From Planctomycetia bacterium (lineage in GTDB: Bacteria; Planctomycetota; Planctomycetia; Pirellulales; UBA1268), in contig JBKDMX010000015.1 in NCBI GenBank assembly GCA_046343855.1, forward strand, positions 15,745 to 79,744: 64,000 nucleotides of DNA, read 5' to 3'. The translations under genes were made by a program, and so were the position numbers. This document shows, in pieces, positions 1-9,958 of this stretch. Below the pieces are notes generated by a model, which was not told the origin of the DNA, did no database searches, and worked only from the letters and a program-made list of their open reading frames with translations. Position 1 is the first letter of the stretch, and each line of letters opens with the position of its first letter.

Positions 1-79
1 CTTCCAGCCCTACTGCCAAGCCGTCGCCGCGCCGAAGGTCGAGAAGGTCCGCAAAGTCTTCAAAGACCTGGTCCGGTAG
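1..79 (+). CDS. msrA: Peptide-methionine (S)-S-oxide reductase, 3' end only
   Basis: Frame 2 reads FQPYCQAVAAPKVEKVRKVFKDLVR*, matching the MsrA C-terminal QPYC..V..PKV.K.RK pattern. The stop TAG lies inside a REP. Confidence 0.7.
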   Translation, partial: FQPYCQAVAAPKVEKVRKVFKDLVR

Positions 80-97
80 GACAGGCTTCAGCCTGTC
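76..97 (+). repeat. GTAG-type REP, family A (GTAGGACAGGCTTCAGCCTGTC)
   Basis: GTAG followed by the palindrome GACAGGC-TTCA-GCCTGTC. Related copies at 8290, 9786, 9808, 18837, 18862 and 34244. Confidence 0.85.
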
Positions 98-305
98 ATG
101 CCTTGGCTCTGACGCTTGAAAACCACCCGCATTCGGAGCCGGCGGTAGGCATGCTCGAATCCGGTCGTGTTGAGAGTTTTAGTCTCGTGGGTTTTGATCA
201 GGAGCCAATAGTCCTCAACGACTCCCTTCTTCTGCGCGTGCCCACCGACCGTCTCCGCCGAAAGTGCTGAGCGCCTACGAATCCCTGACTGAGCACCTCC
301 AAATA

Positions 306-471
306 CGGGAGGCTTGGGGTGACCTGTGCCCCGGGAGCCGGCGTATGCCGCCAAGCGCAGCCAGGATGGCGAAGCGCAGGCGGCATCCGAGCGAGCGGAA
401 GGCATGGATGCCTGTAGCGAGCGTCCGGCGACGGGGTACGGGTCACCCCAAGCCGGCTTGGGCGAGTTGAT
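306..471 (+). repeat. Family E structured repeat, copy 1 (144-bp fold-back core 311-454)
   Basis: Near-identical to 18889-19054. Long terminal inverted repeat encloses the hairpins GCC-AGGAT-GGC and AGGC-ATGGAT-GCCT. Confidence 0.9.
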
Positions 472-491
472 ACCCCAACCAAGCGAAAACG

Positions 492-3400
492 CTACGCGTC
501 CGCGTACCGCACGACGAGTTCGCCCGCCTCGACCGGCGTGCCGGGCGTGACGAGCACCTCTGCGATCTTGCCGTCGCGGTCGGCGTAGACCGTCGTCTCC
601 ATCTTCATCGCCTCGAGCGAGAGCAGTTTCTGCCCCTTCGTGATCGCGTCGCCCGGGCGGACGGCCACCGTCACGATCAATCCCGGCATCGGCGCGCCCA
701 CTTCGCGGGCGTCGCCGGCCACCGCCTTCGGGCGGCGCTGGACCTTCGCCTCGAGGCTCTTGTCGGCGATCGACACGCTGCGGGGCTGGCCGTTGAGTTC
801 GAAGAACACGGTCCGGGTGCCGTCGGCGTGGGGCTCGCCCACGGTGAGCAGCCGGATCACGAGGGTCTTGCCCTCCTCGATGCTGACGGCCAGTTCCTCG
901 CCGGGCTTCGGGCCCTCGAGGAAGGCGGGAGTCGGCAGCACGCTCACGTCGCCAAACCGGGACTGGTGCTGCGCGAAATCCTGGAAGACACGCGGGTAGA
1001 GGAGCCAGGAGAGCACCTCCTTCGGCGACGCCAAGCGGCCGAGGAGCTCCGACGTCTTCTTCTCGGCGGCCTTGAAATCGGCCGGCGGCATCGATTCGCC
1101 GGGGCGGCCACTGACCGTCTTGCCGTCGCGCACGATCCGCTTGACCACGTCGGCCGGGAAACCGCCGGGCGGCTGCCCCATCCGGCCCGCGACGAGATCG
1201 AGCACCGACTCGGGGAAGGCGAGCTCGCGGGAATCGGAGAGTAGATCGGAGGCGTGGAGCCCATTGGTCACGAGCATCAGCGCCAGATCGCCCACCGACT
1301 TGCTCGTGGGCGTCACCTTCACGATGTCGCCCAACAGCTGGTTGACGTCGGCATACGCGCGGCAGACCTCTTCCCAACGGTCGCCGAGGCCGAGCGCCTT
1401 CGCCTGCTCGAGCAGATTCGTGAACTGTCCGCCGGGCATCTCGTGGAGATAGAGATCCGCGTCGGGCGACTTCATGCCGCACTCGAACGCCGTGTAGTGG
1501 TCGCGGACCGCCGCCCAGTAGTGGGCCAGGTGCCGGAGCGGCTCCGGGTCGAGGCCGGTGTCGAGCGGCGTGTTGCGGGCCGCCTCGACGATGGCGTTGA
1601 GGTTGGGTTGGCTCGTGAGGCCGGAGAACGGCGCGAAGGCCGCATCGACCACGCTGGCGCCCGCCTCGGCGGCCGTAAGCGCGCTGGCGAGCGACGCGCC
1701 CGACGTGTCGTGGGTGTGGAAGTGGATCGGGATGCCGATTTCAGCACGCAGCGCCGCGACCAACTTCCCGGCCGCGAACGGCTTGCAGAGGCCGGCCATG
1801 TCCTTGATGGCGAGCATGTGCGCGCCAAGCTTCTCGAGCTCCTTCGCGAGCTTCACGTAATACTCGAGCGAGTATTTCGGCCGCTTCGGGTCGAGCACGT
1901 CGCCCGTGTAGCAGATCGCCGCCTCGCAGATCGCGCCGCTTTCGCGCACGGCGTCGATCGCCACCTTCATGTTCGGCACCCAGTTGAGCGGGTCGAACAC
2001 GCGGAAGACGTCGATGCCGGCGTCGGCCGACTCCTTCACGAAGGCCTGCACCACGTTGTCGGGGTAGTTCGTATAGCCGACGGCGTTGCTCGCCCGCAGG
2101 AGCATCTGGAAGAGAACGTTCGGGATCCGCTCGCGCAGCAGGAGCAGCCGATCCCAGGGGCATTCCTTGAGGAACCGCATCGACGTGTCGAACGTCGCGC
2201 CCCCCCACATCTCGAGCGAGAAGAATCCCGCCGTCATCCGGGCATAGGCATCGGCCGCGGCGAGCATGTCGAAGGTGCGCATCCGCGTGGCGAGCAGCGA
2301 CTGATGGGCGTCGCGCATCGTCGTGTCGGTGAGCATGAGCCGCTTCTGCTGCCGCACCCAGGCGGCGAACTTCTCGGGGCCGAGTTGCTTGAGCTTCGTG
2401 CGGGTGCCGGCCGGCGGCGGCGCGAAGGCGTCGAACTCGGGAAGCGGCGCGGTGGCCCGCCGCACCGCGGCCGGCCGGCCCTTCACGAGCGGGTTGCCGT
2501 TGACGATCACGTCGGCGAGAAACTCGAGCACCCGCGTGGCGCGGTCGCGCCGCACGGGGAAGTCGAAGAGCGCGGGGGTCTCGTCGATGAATCGCGTGGT
2601 GCAGCGGCCGGCAAGAAACTCGGGGTGGGTGACGAGGTTGATCAGGAAGGGAATGTTGGTCTTCACGCCGCGGACGCGGAATTCCTGCAGGCAGCGCTCG
2701 ATGTGGCCGGCCGATTCGTCGAGGTTGAGGCCGCGGGCCGTCACCTTTACCAGCAGCGAGTCAAAATAGGGCGTGACGACGGCGCCCGAGAAGGCGGTGC
2801 CGGCGTCGAGCCGGATGCCCATGCCGCTCGCCGAACGGTAGGCCGTGATCCGGCCGTAGTCGGGCAGGAACCGGTTCTCCGGGTCTTCGGTCGTGACACG
2901 GCACTGGATCGCCGTGCCCATCGACTTGATCGCCGCCTGGTCGCCGAGCCCGATCTGCGGGTCGGAGAGCCGGTAGCCCTCGGCCACCCGCAGCTGGCGG
3001 CGGACGATGTCGATGCCGGTGATCTCCTCCGTGACGGTGTGCTCGACCTGGATCCGCGGATTGACCTCGATGAAGTAGAACTTGCCGGTGTCGGCGTCGA
3101 CGAGAAACTCGACGGTGCCGGCGTTTTCGTATTTCGCCGTGCGGCCGATCGCTAGCGCCGCCTCGCAGATGTCGGCCCGCATGGTCGGGGAGAGGTTCGG
3201 GGCGGGGGCCACCTCCACCACCTTCTGGTGCCGCCGCTGCACCGAGCAATCCCGCTCGAAGAGGTGCACGAGGCCGCCGTGGAGGTCGCCGAGCAGCTGC
3301 ACCTCGATGTGCCGCGCCCGCTGGATGAACTTCTCGACGAAGACGCTCGCGCTGCCGAAGGCCGTCTTGCTTTCGCGCTGGGCGCTTTCGAGCGCCACTG

Positions 3401-3941
3401 CCAGCTCGTCTTCGCCATGCACCACCCGCATGCCGCGGCCGCCGCCCCCGTGGGCCGCCTTGAGGATCACCGGCCAGCCGAGATCCTTGGCGATCTTGAG
3501 CGCGTCGCTGAAGCTCGCGACCGGCTTCGAGCTGCCGGCGAGGATCGGCACGCCGGCCTTGCTCGCCAGCTCCCGCGCGGCCGTCTTGTCGCCGAGCGTC
3601 TGGAGCAATTCCACTCGCGGCCCGACGAACGTGATGCCCGCCTTCTGGCAGGCGGCCGCGAAGTCGGGATTTTCGGAGAGGAAGCCGTAGCCGGGATGGA
3701 TCGCATCGACGCCATGCGCCTTCGCGAGCGCCACGATCCCTTCGATATCGAGATAGGAGCGGATCGGCTCGCCCGGCCTGCCGACGAGATAGGCTTCGTC
3801 GGCCTTGAAGCGGTGGAGGGCAAACCGGTCTTCGTGGGCGTAGATCGCCACGGTGCGGATGCCGAGCTCGTGCGCCGAACGGAAAACGCGGATCGCGATC
3901 TCGCTGCGGTTGGCGACGAGCAGCTTCTTGATGGGGCGCAT
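492..3941 (-). CDS. pyc: Pyruvate carboxylase
   Basis: Biotin carboxylase N-terminus ([23 protein letters not shown]), carboxyltransferase motifs ([18 protein letters not shown]) and biotinyl EAMKM. ATG at 3941 follows GAGGAAG. Confidence 0.97.
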   Translation of the reverse strand: MRPIKKLLVANRSEIAIRVFRSAHELGIRTVAIYAHEDRFALHRFKADEAYLVGRPGEPIRSYLDIEGIVALAKAHGVDAIHPGYGFLSENPDFAAACQKAGITFVGPRVELLQTLGDKTAARELASKAGVPILAGSSKPVASFSDALKIAKDLGWPVILKAAHGGGGRGMRVVHGEDELAVALESAQRESKTAFGSASVFVEKFIQRARHIEVQLLGDLHGGLVHLFERDCSVQRRHQKVVEVAPAPNLSPTMRADICEAALAIGRTAKYENAGTVEFLVDADTGKFYFIEVNPRIQVEHTVTEEITGIDIVRRQLRVAEGYRLSDPQIGLGDQAAIKSMGTAIQCRVTTEDPENRFLPDYGRITAYRSASGMGIRLDAGTAFSGAVVTPYFDSLLVKVTARGLNLDESAGHIERCLQEFRVRGVKTNIPFLINLVTHPEFLAGRCTTRFIDETPALFDFPVRRDRATRVLEFLADVIVNGNPLVKGRPAAVRRATAPLPEFDAFAPPPAGTRTKLKQLGPEKFAAWVRQQKRLMLTDTTMRDAHQSLLATRMRTFDMLAAADAYARMTAGFFSLEMWGGATFDTSMRFLKECPWDRLLLLRERIPNVLFQMLLRASNAVGYTNYPDNVVQAFVKESADAGIDVFRVFDPLNWVPNMKVAIDAVRESGAICEAAICYTGDVLDPKRPKYSLEYYVKLAKELEKLGAHMLAIKDMAGLCKPFAAGKLVAALRAEIGIPIHFHTHDTSGASLASALTAAEAGASVVDAAFAPFSGLTSQPNLNAIVEAARNTPLDTGLDPEPLRHLAHYWAAVRDHYTAFECGMKSPDADLYLHEMPGGQFTNLLEQAKALGLGDRWEEVCRAYADVNQLLGDIVKVTPTSKSVGDLALMLVTNGLHASDLLSDSRELAFPESVLDLVAGRMGQPPGGFPADVVKRIVRDGKTVSGRPGESMPPADFKAAEKKTSELLGRLASPKEVLSWLLYPRVFQDFAQHQSRFGDVSVLPTPAFLEGPKPGEELAVSIEEGKTLVIRLLTVGEPHADGTRTVFFELNGQPRSVSIADKSLEAKVQRRPKAVAGDAREVGAPMPGLIVTVAVRPGDAITKGQKLLSLEAMKMETTVYADRDGKIAEVLVTPGTPVEAGELVVRYADA

Positions 3942-4064
3942 CACTTCCTCACCCTTCTCGGCCGGCCTGTTGTGACTTTTGGCGAAACCTCGGGCCCGAA
4001 AAAAGGCCCGGCAATGGCGACAATCGTAGCCGGTCATCAGGGCCAGAATAGAGGCCGTCGCGGC

Positions 4065-4766
4065 CTAGCCGAAAGACCGGACCGCCGTCTCGTGGGCATA
4101 GCTGGGCCGCAGGTAATCGGGCACGAGGGAATGCGGGTCGTCGGCCCGCCCCGCCGCCACGAGTTCGAGCGCCAGGGCTCCCGCTTCGGCCGCGGTCGGC
4201 AGCCGTGCCGCGATCGGCGCCACGACCAGATCGGATCGCGCCGCAAGCCCGCCGCCGACGATCGCGAGCCCGGGGCCCGAGACGACCGCACCGCGCGGGA
4301 GCGACGCGAGCCAGTCGCCCGCCGAAAGGAGCCGCGGCTCGCTCACCCGCCAGCCACCGGCGACCTCGGCCGCCGGCGCGACGACCGACGCGAAGACGTC
4401 ACCGCGGCCGGCGTCATAGGCCACGTGCATGTCGCCGCCGGCGCGGCCTGTCTGCCGCGCAGACGCGCGGGCGACGAGTTCGAACCCCGACACGCCGATG
4501 AGCGTCGCCCCGGTCGCCCAGGCGATCGCCTTCGCCGTGGCGACCCCGACCCGCAGCCCCGTAAACGATCCCGGACCGCGAACCACGGCGACCAGTTCGG
4601 CATCGCGCGGCGACCAGCCCAATTCGGCCGCCATGGCATCGATCGCCGCCGCCAGCCGTCGCGCATGCTCACCAGCGGTGGGGAGCCGCTCCTCCACGAC
4701 CCGGCCGTCGGAGAGTGCGGCCACAGAACCAGCGGCAAGGCTCGAGTCGATGGCGAGTGTTTTCAT
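4065..4766 (-). CDS. tsaB: tRNA threonylcarbamoyladenosine biosynthesis protein TsaB
   Basis: MKTLAIDSS start, [12 protein letters not shown]-terminal LVPDYLR. Confidence 0.93.
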   Translation of the reverse strand: MKTLAIDSSLAAGSVAALSDGRVVEERLPTAGEHARRLAAAIDAMAAELGWSPRDAELVAVVRGPGSFTGLRVGVATAKAIAWATGATLIGVSGFELVARASARQTGRAGGDMHVAYDAGRGDVFASVVAPAAEVAGGWRVSEPRLLSAGDWLASLPRGAVVSGPGLAIVGGGLAARSDLVVAPIAARLPTAAEAGALALELVAAGRADDPHSLVPDYLRPSYAHETAVRSFG

Positions 4767-4871
4767 GGGGGCGGGAAGGGGGTGGGGCTGCTTGACCGTC
4801 ATTCAGCCCGTTGCGTAGAGTCACATGCTTTCCGGTGCATTGCCAGGGCCCGCGAGCGGGATCGAGCACGA

Positions 4872-5642
4872 GTGAAGCGGGCCATCATCAGCGACGTCCA
4901 CGGGAATCTCGAGGCGCTCCGCGCGGTACTCGAGGATATCGACCGTCAGGGGGTCGACGCCATCTACTGCCTCGGCGACATCGTCGGCTACGGCCCCAAT
5001 CCGTGCGAATGTGCCGGAATCATCCGCGACCGCTGCAGCCTCGTGATCCTCGGCAACCACGACCAGGGGGCGCTCTTCGATCCCGACGGCTTCAATGTCG
5101 GGGCCGAGCGGGCGATCCGTTGGACTCGGCAGCAGCTCGAACATCACGACCGCATGCCGAAGCACTCGGCGGACCGGCTCACCGACTTTCTCGGCGAGCT
5201 GCCCCGGATGCACACCGACGGCGATCTGCTCTTCGTGCATGGCTCGGCCCGGCGGCCGCTCGACGAATACGTCTTCCCGGAAGACATTTATAACCCGCTG
5301 AAGATGGAGCACATCTTCGAGCTCGTCGGCCGGTACTGCTTCCAAGGGCATACGCACATTCCCGGCATCTTCACGCCCGCCCCCGAATTCATCTCGCCGA
5401 ACATTCCCGCCGGCAGCGTCGAGTGCCGGCTGCCGTTGCCGGCCGGCAAGGCGATGGTGAACGTCGGCTCGGTGGGCCAGCCGCGCGACGGCGATCGCCG
5501 CGCCTGTTACGTCATCCTCGAAGACGACCAGGCCGTGCGGTACCGGCGGATCGAGTACCCCTTCGACGTCACCTGCCGGAAAATCCACGCGATCGGCGAC
5601 CTCGACAATTTCCTCGGCGACCGGCTCTCACAGGGCCGCTAA
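4872..5642 (+). CDS. Calcineurin-like metallophosphoesterase
   Basis: [23 protein letters not shown] and [12 protein letters not shown] motifs. GTG start. Confidence 0.9.
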   Translation: MKRAIISDVHGNLEALRAVLEDIDRQGVDAIYCLGDIVGYGPNPCECAGIIRDRCSLVILGNHDQGALFDPDGFNVGAERAIRWTRQQLEHHDRMPKHSADRLTDFLGELPRMHTDGDLLFVHGSARRPLDEYVFPEDIYNPLKMEHIFELVGRYCFQGHTHIPGIFTPAPEFISPNIPAGSVECRLPLPAGKAMVNVGSVGQPRDGDRRACYVILEDDQAVRYRRIEYPFDVTCRKIHAIGDLDNFLGDRLSQGR

Positions 5643-5658
5643 CGCCAAAGCTCCGTCC

Positions 5659-5861
5659 GTAGGACAGGCCTCCGTGCCTGTCGCCAGCAGGCCGCCTGCA
5701 AAGTAGACCGCTTGCTCCGCAAGCGGATCTCAACTGGCGTCGCGCCGGCGAGGGGGCGGCAGAAGTCTCGTCGCGGTGTCCCTCGCGGACTCGGGCCAAA
5801 TGCTCCTCGAGCTTCCGCCGACCCCCTCGCCTCCCCCGTACGACAGGCCTCCGTGCCTGTC
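5659..5861 (+). repeat. Repeat mosaic: REP-B (5659-5682), REP-C (5703-5726), element D (5736-5837), REP-B (5838-5861)
   Basis: Each module recurs in other intergenic spacers of this window. Confidence 0.9.
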
Positions 5862-5973
5862 GAAAGCAGGCTGCTCGCGAAACATCCGGTCTCCCCGGCG
5901 GGAGAAGCGAATCAATTCTGTTTAACGCCTCCACGCTCTATACTGCCGTTTTCGCTTTTTTCTGGAATCATCC

Positions 5974-8286
5974 GTGGAACGCCGCTACATCCAGTTCGCC
6001 CTGATCTCGTTCGCGATCCTGCTCGGCAGCCAGGCGCTGCAGGCGTATCTCTTCCCGCGGCCTGCGCGTCAGCCTGCCAAGCAGCCGGCCGAGGAAAACA
6101 AGCCTGGGGCCGCTGCGGCGCCGGCCGCGGCTGCGGGCGAATCGGCCGCGGCCACGGTCGCCGCAGTGCCCGCCGCGACCAATGACGGCGAGCGGCCGGC
6201 CGCCGGTCCGCGTGCCCGCCATGTGCTCGGCTCCCTCGATCCGGCGTCGCCGGCGCGGATGCTCGTCACGCTCACCAGCCGCGGCGCCGCCGTCGAGCGG
6301 ATCGAGCTCGCCGGCAAACGCTATCTCGATCAGGATGATTGGTCCGGCTATCTCGGCCACTTGGCCCCGGAGGAGACGCCCTCGGGGTGCCGAATCGGCA
6401 TTGTCGGCGACGGCACTCCCGCGCAGGCCGCCGGTCTCGCCGCGGGCGACGTGATTGCCACGATCGACGGCACGGCCACGCCCGATCCGGAATCGCTTCA
6501 CAAGACCCTCGCCGCCATGAAGCCCGGTCAACGGGTGGCCATCGAGGTGGTTCGCGACGGACGCACGGAAAGCCGCGAGGCGATCTTGGGCCGCCGGCCG
6601 CTCGAGGTCGTGAGGCCGGAATATCGCACCCTGCCGATCGACGATCCGGATGGCCGGCCCCACGATCCACTCTCGTTTCGTCTCTCGCTCGAGTCGCGCG
6701 ACGGCGCGCGGCGAACAGAGCCCCTTGGCGAGATGCCGGGGCAGGAACTGGCCGACCGCGACTGGGTGGTGGAGAAGGCCGACGGCAACGGCGCGCGGTT
6801 CACGACCGAACTGCCGGGCGGCCTGCGGGTCACGAAGGAATACCGCTTGCTTGCCGACGGGCAGGATGGATACCGGCTCGACCTCGTCGTCGAATTCGGC
6901 GCTGGGCAGAGCGAATCCCGCGTGGTCTACGCGATCGATGGCCCCACGGGCCTGCCGACCGAGGGCTGGTGGTATACCGCCCGCGTGGCCCGCGACTGGG
7001 GCACGCTCGCGGTGCGCGACGTCGCGATGCGGTTCATCGGCGAGCAGAGCACGCTGGTGAGCGGCCTGAAATTGGCGGAGGCCGCCCTGGCGCCCGCCGG
7101 CGACGCCATGCCCGCCGCCACCGCCGTCCGCGAGGGGAAGCCGCTCTCCTTCGCCGGTGTCGATGCGCTCTACTTCGCGTCGGCCCTGATACCGGTGACG
7201 GAGGGACCGGAGGCGCCCGCGCTTGACGAGGTCAGGTCGCTCGTCGTCGGCGATGTGCCGGCCGCCGCCCGTCGCAAGCTCGTCGATGTCACCTGCCGGC
7301 TCGTGTCGCGAGAGATCGCGGTCGCTCCCGGCGGTACGGTGAAGCATCGCTATGGCATCTTCGCCGGGCCCAAGAAGCCCGAACTGCTCGCTGCGTTCGG
7401 CGCCGACACGGCGCGGATGGACGACCTCGTCTACTACGGCTGGTTCGGCTGGGTGGCCCGCCCGATGGTCGCGATCCTGCACGCCATCCATGCCCTCGTC
7501 GGCAACTACGGCCTGGCGATTCTCTTGCTCACCGTGATGGTCCGCGGGGCGATGTTCCCGGTCAGCCGCAAGCAGGCGATCTCGTCGCAGAAGATGCAAG
7601 TCTTGCAGCCGGAGATGAAGGCGATCGCCGAGAAATACAAAGACGAGCCCGAGAAGCGGACGAAGGCCACGCAGGAGCTCTGGCGGAAGCACGACTACAA
7701 CCCGATGGGCGGCTGCCTGCTCGTCTTCATCCAGATCCCGATCTTCATGGGGCTCTACCGGTCGTTGGCGACCGACGTCGAATTGCGGCAGGCGCCGCTT
7801 TTCAGCTCGGCGATCCGCTGGTGCTCCAACCTCGCCGCGCCCGACATGTTTTACGACTGGTCGCGGCTGCTGCCCGACTTTCTCGTCGCGCCCGAGGGCT
7901 GGCTCGGCCCGTTCTTAAACCTTTTCCCGCTGGCCACGATCGGACTTTTCCTCTGGCAGCAGCACCTCTTCATGCCGCCCGCAGTGGACGAGCAGGCACG
8001 AGTGCAGCAGCAGGTGATGAAGTACATGATGTTTTTCATGGCGCTGATGTTCTTCAAGGTGCCGTGCGGCCTGTGCGTCTACTTCATCGCATCGAGCCTC
8101 TGGGGCATTGCCGAACGGCTGCTGCTGCCGACGGCGGCGCCGGCCGCCGCGGCGACGGGCGCGGTCTCCGGCGGCGGCCCAGCGCCGACTCGCACGTTCG
8201 ACGTGCCGTTCGTGTCGGCAGGCAAGCCGAAGCCGCCGGCCGCCGATGCGGCCCGGCAGAAGCGCAAGGCCCGCAAGGGCCGGTAA
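5974..8286 (+). CDS. yidC: Membrane protein insertase YidC with a PDZ-like insertion
   Basis: N-terminal TM helix, TLTSRGAAVERIEL, YGWFG, GNYGLAILLLT, GGCLLVFIQIPIF. PDZ-like segment GTPAQAAGLAAGDVIATIDG. Confidence 0.93.
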   Translation: MERRYIQFALISFAILLGSQALQAYLFPRPARQPAKQPAEENKPGAAAAPAAAAGESAAATVAAVPAATNDGERPAAGPRARHVLGSLDPASPARMLVTLTSRGAAVERIELAGKRYLDQDDWSGYLGHLAPEETPSGCRIGIVGDGTPAQAAGLAAGDVIATIDGTATPDPESLHKTLAAMKPGQRVAIEVVRDGRTESREAILGRRPLEVVRPEYRTLPIDDPDGRPHDPLSFRLSLESRDGARRTEPLGEMPGQELADRDWVVEKADGNGARFTTELPGGLRVTKEYRLLADGQDGYRLDLVVEFGAGQSESRVVYAIDGPTGLPTEGWWYTARVARDWGTLAVRDVAMRFIGEQSTLVSGLKLAEAALAPAGDAMPAATAVREGKPLSFAGVDALYFASALIPVTEGPEAPALDEVRSLVVGDVPAAARRKLVDVTCRLVSREIAVAPGGTVKHRYGIFAGPKKPELLAAFGADTARMDDLVYYGWFGWVARPMVAILHAIHALVGNYGLAILLLTVMVRGAMFPVSRKQAISSQKMQVLQPEMKAIAEKYKDEPEKRTKATQELWRKHDYNPMGGCLLVFIQIPIFMGLYRSLATDVELRQAPLFSSAIRWCSNLAAPDMFYDWSRLLPDFLVAPEGWLGPFLNLFPLATIGLFLWQQHLFMPPAVDEQARVQQQVMKYMMFFMALMFFKVPCGLCVYFIASSLWGIAERLLLPTAAPAAAATGAVSGGGPAPTRTFDVPFVSAGKPKPPAADAARQKRKARKGR

Positions 8287-8289
8287 CCG

Positions 8290-8311
8290 GTGGGATAGGC
8301 TTCAGCCTGTC
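8290..8311 (+). repeat. REP family A variant (GTGG-headed)
   Basis: GTGGGATAGGCTTCAGCCTGTC, 3 nt after the yidC stop. Confidence 0.75.
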
Positions 8312-8323
8312 TTGGCCACACCC

Positions 8324-9745
8324 ATGCGGAACGTGCACGACCTGATCATCGCTCCGGCCACTGCGGGCGGTTCGGGAGCCCGGGCGATCATCCGGATCGC
8401 CGGCGACGGGCTCGACTGTCTGCTCGATGCGCTCTTCACGCCCCAGGCCGGTCAAGGCTTCGCCGCAGCCGGCGAACGGCCGCGGCTTGTCGCGGCGAGG
8501 CTGGGACCGGCGCTCGCCGCCGAATGGGGCGCTCTCGCCGTGGAGATCCTGCACTGGCCGGGCCCTGCCGGCCCCACGGGCGGGCCGCTCGCGGAGGTTC
8601 AACTGCCGGCATCGACGCCGCTGGTCGATGCGGTGATCGCGGAGGCCTGTCGTCACGGGGCGCGGCTGGCCCGTGGTGGTGAATTTTCGCTGCGGAGTTT
8701 TCTCGCCGGTCGGCTCGATCTCCTCCAGGCGGAGGCTGTGCTCGCCGTTGTCGATGCTCGTTCACCTGCCGAGCTCTCCGCAGCGCTCGATCGGATGGCC
8801 GGTGGCGCCGGCCGCGAGCTCCAAGCGCTCCGCGAGTCGATTCTCGATCTGCTCGCCGACATCGAGGCGGTGATCGATTTCTCCGACGAGCACGCGCCCG
8901 ACGCGATTCCCGTCGCCGCCCAATCATTCTGGGGCGGAGTCGAAGCGCGATTGCAGGCCACGGCAGCCGCGCTCGAGGCGATCGCCGGTCGGCTCGCCCA
9001 GCGTGATACGGGAGACGCGGGGCGGCTGCCGCGGGTCGTGATCGCAGGCCCGCCCAACATCGGCAAGAGTAGCCTCTTCAACGCGCTCGTCGGCCATGAA
9101 GCGGCGCTTGTGGCCGACGAGTCGGGCACGACCCGCGACTGGATCGCGGCCCGGCTCGAAGGAGATGGCGTGGCCTGCCTGCTCGTCGACGTGGCGGGCG
9201 TCGACGGAGCGGAGCGAGCGAGTGACGCGACGGCCGCGATCGGCCGCGAAGCGGCCGAGCGGGCGGTCGCGGAGGCGGAAGGCGCCGATCTGCTCGTGGT
9301 CTGCCGCGATGCGGCGGACGAGCCGGGGATAAATTCCACGCAGCGCCCGGGCGGCATGCGCCGGCTCGACGTCGTCACCCGCTGCGATCGTGTTTCTCAG
9401 CCGGTTCATCATGACGGCTCGGTCGCTGCCGCCACGTTCTTCACGAGCAGTCGGGAAAATGTCGGCATCGACGCCCTGCGGCGGGCGATCCTGCGGGAGG
9501 TGGCGGCGCTCCCCCCCTCGACCGGCGCGACCGTCCGCATGCGGGTGGGCATCGATGCCGCGCGGCAGAGCCTCGCCGCGGCTGCCGAGATCGCTGCTCT
9601 AGCGAGAAAGGGAGCGGCCTGCGACGAGGCGATCGTGGCCGCGCATCTCGGCCGCGCCGTCGCGGCGCTCGGCGAGGTGACCGGTGCTGAGCTTGGCAAC
9701 GACCTCATCGACCGCATCTTCGCCCGCCACTGCATCGGCAAGTGA
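8324..9745 (+). CDS. mnmE: tRNA modification GTPase MnmE/TrmE (divergent)
   Basis: GEFSLRSFLAGRLDLLQAEAV, GPPNIGKSSLFN, GTTRD, C-terminal CIGK. Lies downstream of yidC. Confidence 0.92.
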   Translation: MRNVHDLIIAPATAGGSGARAIIRIAGDGLDCLLDALFTPQAGQGFAAAGERPRLVAARLGPALAAEWGALAVEILHWPGPAGPTGGPLAEVQLPASTPLVDAVIAEACRHGARLARGGEFSLRSFLAGRLDLLQAEAVLAVVDARSPAELSAALDRMAGGAGRELQALRESILDLLADIEAVIDFSDEHAPDAIPVAAQSFWGGVEARLQATAAALEAIAGRLAQRDTGDAGRLPRVVIAGPPNIGKSSLFNALVGHEAALVADESGTTRDWIAARLEGDGVACLLVDVAGVDGAERASDATAAIGREAAERAVAEAEGADLLVVCRDAADEPGINSTQRPGGMRRLDVVTRCDRVSQPVHHDGSVAAATFFTSSRENVGIDALRRAILREVAALPPSTGATVRMRVGIDAARQSLAAAAEIAALARKGAACDEAIVAAHLGRAVAALGEVTGAELGNDLIDRIFARHCIGK

Positions 9746-9759
9746 AGCGGGCTGCTTTC

Positions 9760-9931
9760 GACAGGCACGGAGGCCTGTCCTACGTGACAGGCTGAAGCCT
9801 GCTTGGCGACAGGCTGAAGCCCATCCTACCGGGAGGCGAGGGGGTCGGCGGAAGCGTGCGAGCTTTTGGACCGAGTCCGCGAGGGACAACGCGAGGAGCC
9901 TTCTGCCGCCCCCTCGCCGGCGCGTTGCCAG
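9760..9931 (-). repeat. Repeat mosaic: REP-B (9760-9783), REP-A x2 (9786-9829), element D (9830-9931)
   Basis: Reverse-complement copies of modules seen at 5659-5861 and 34095-34350. Confidence 0.9.
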
Positions 9932-9958
9932 TTGGGATTTGCTTCAACGCCAAGCGTT

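Noticed and set aside
3228..5642. Apparent long fusions in the ORF track (3228-5642, 15063-18620, 48377-51322, 29695-32331, 48629-51136)
   Set aside because: The N-terminal extensions overlap neighbouring genes; real starts are internal. This differs from 36674-38518, where both halves carry genuine motifs.
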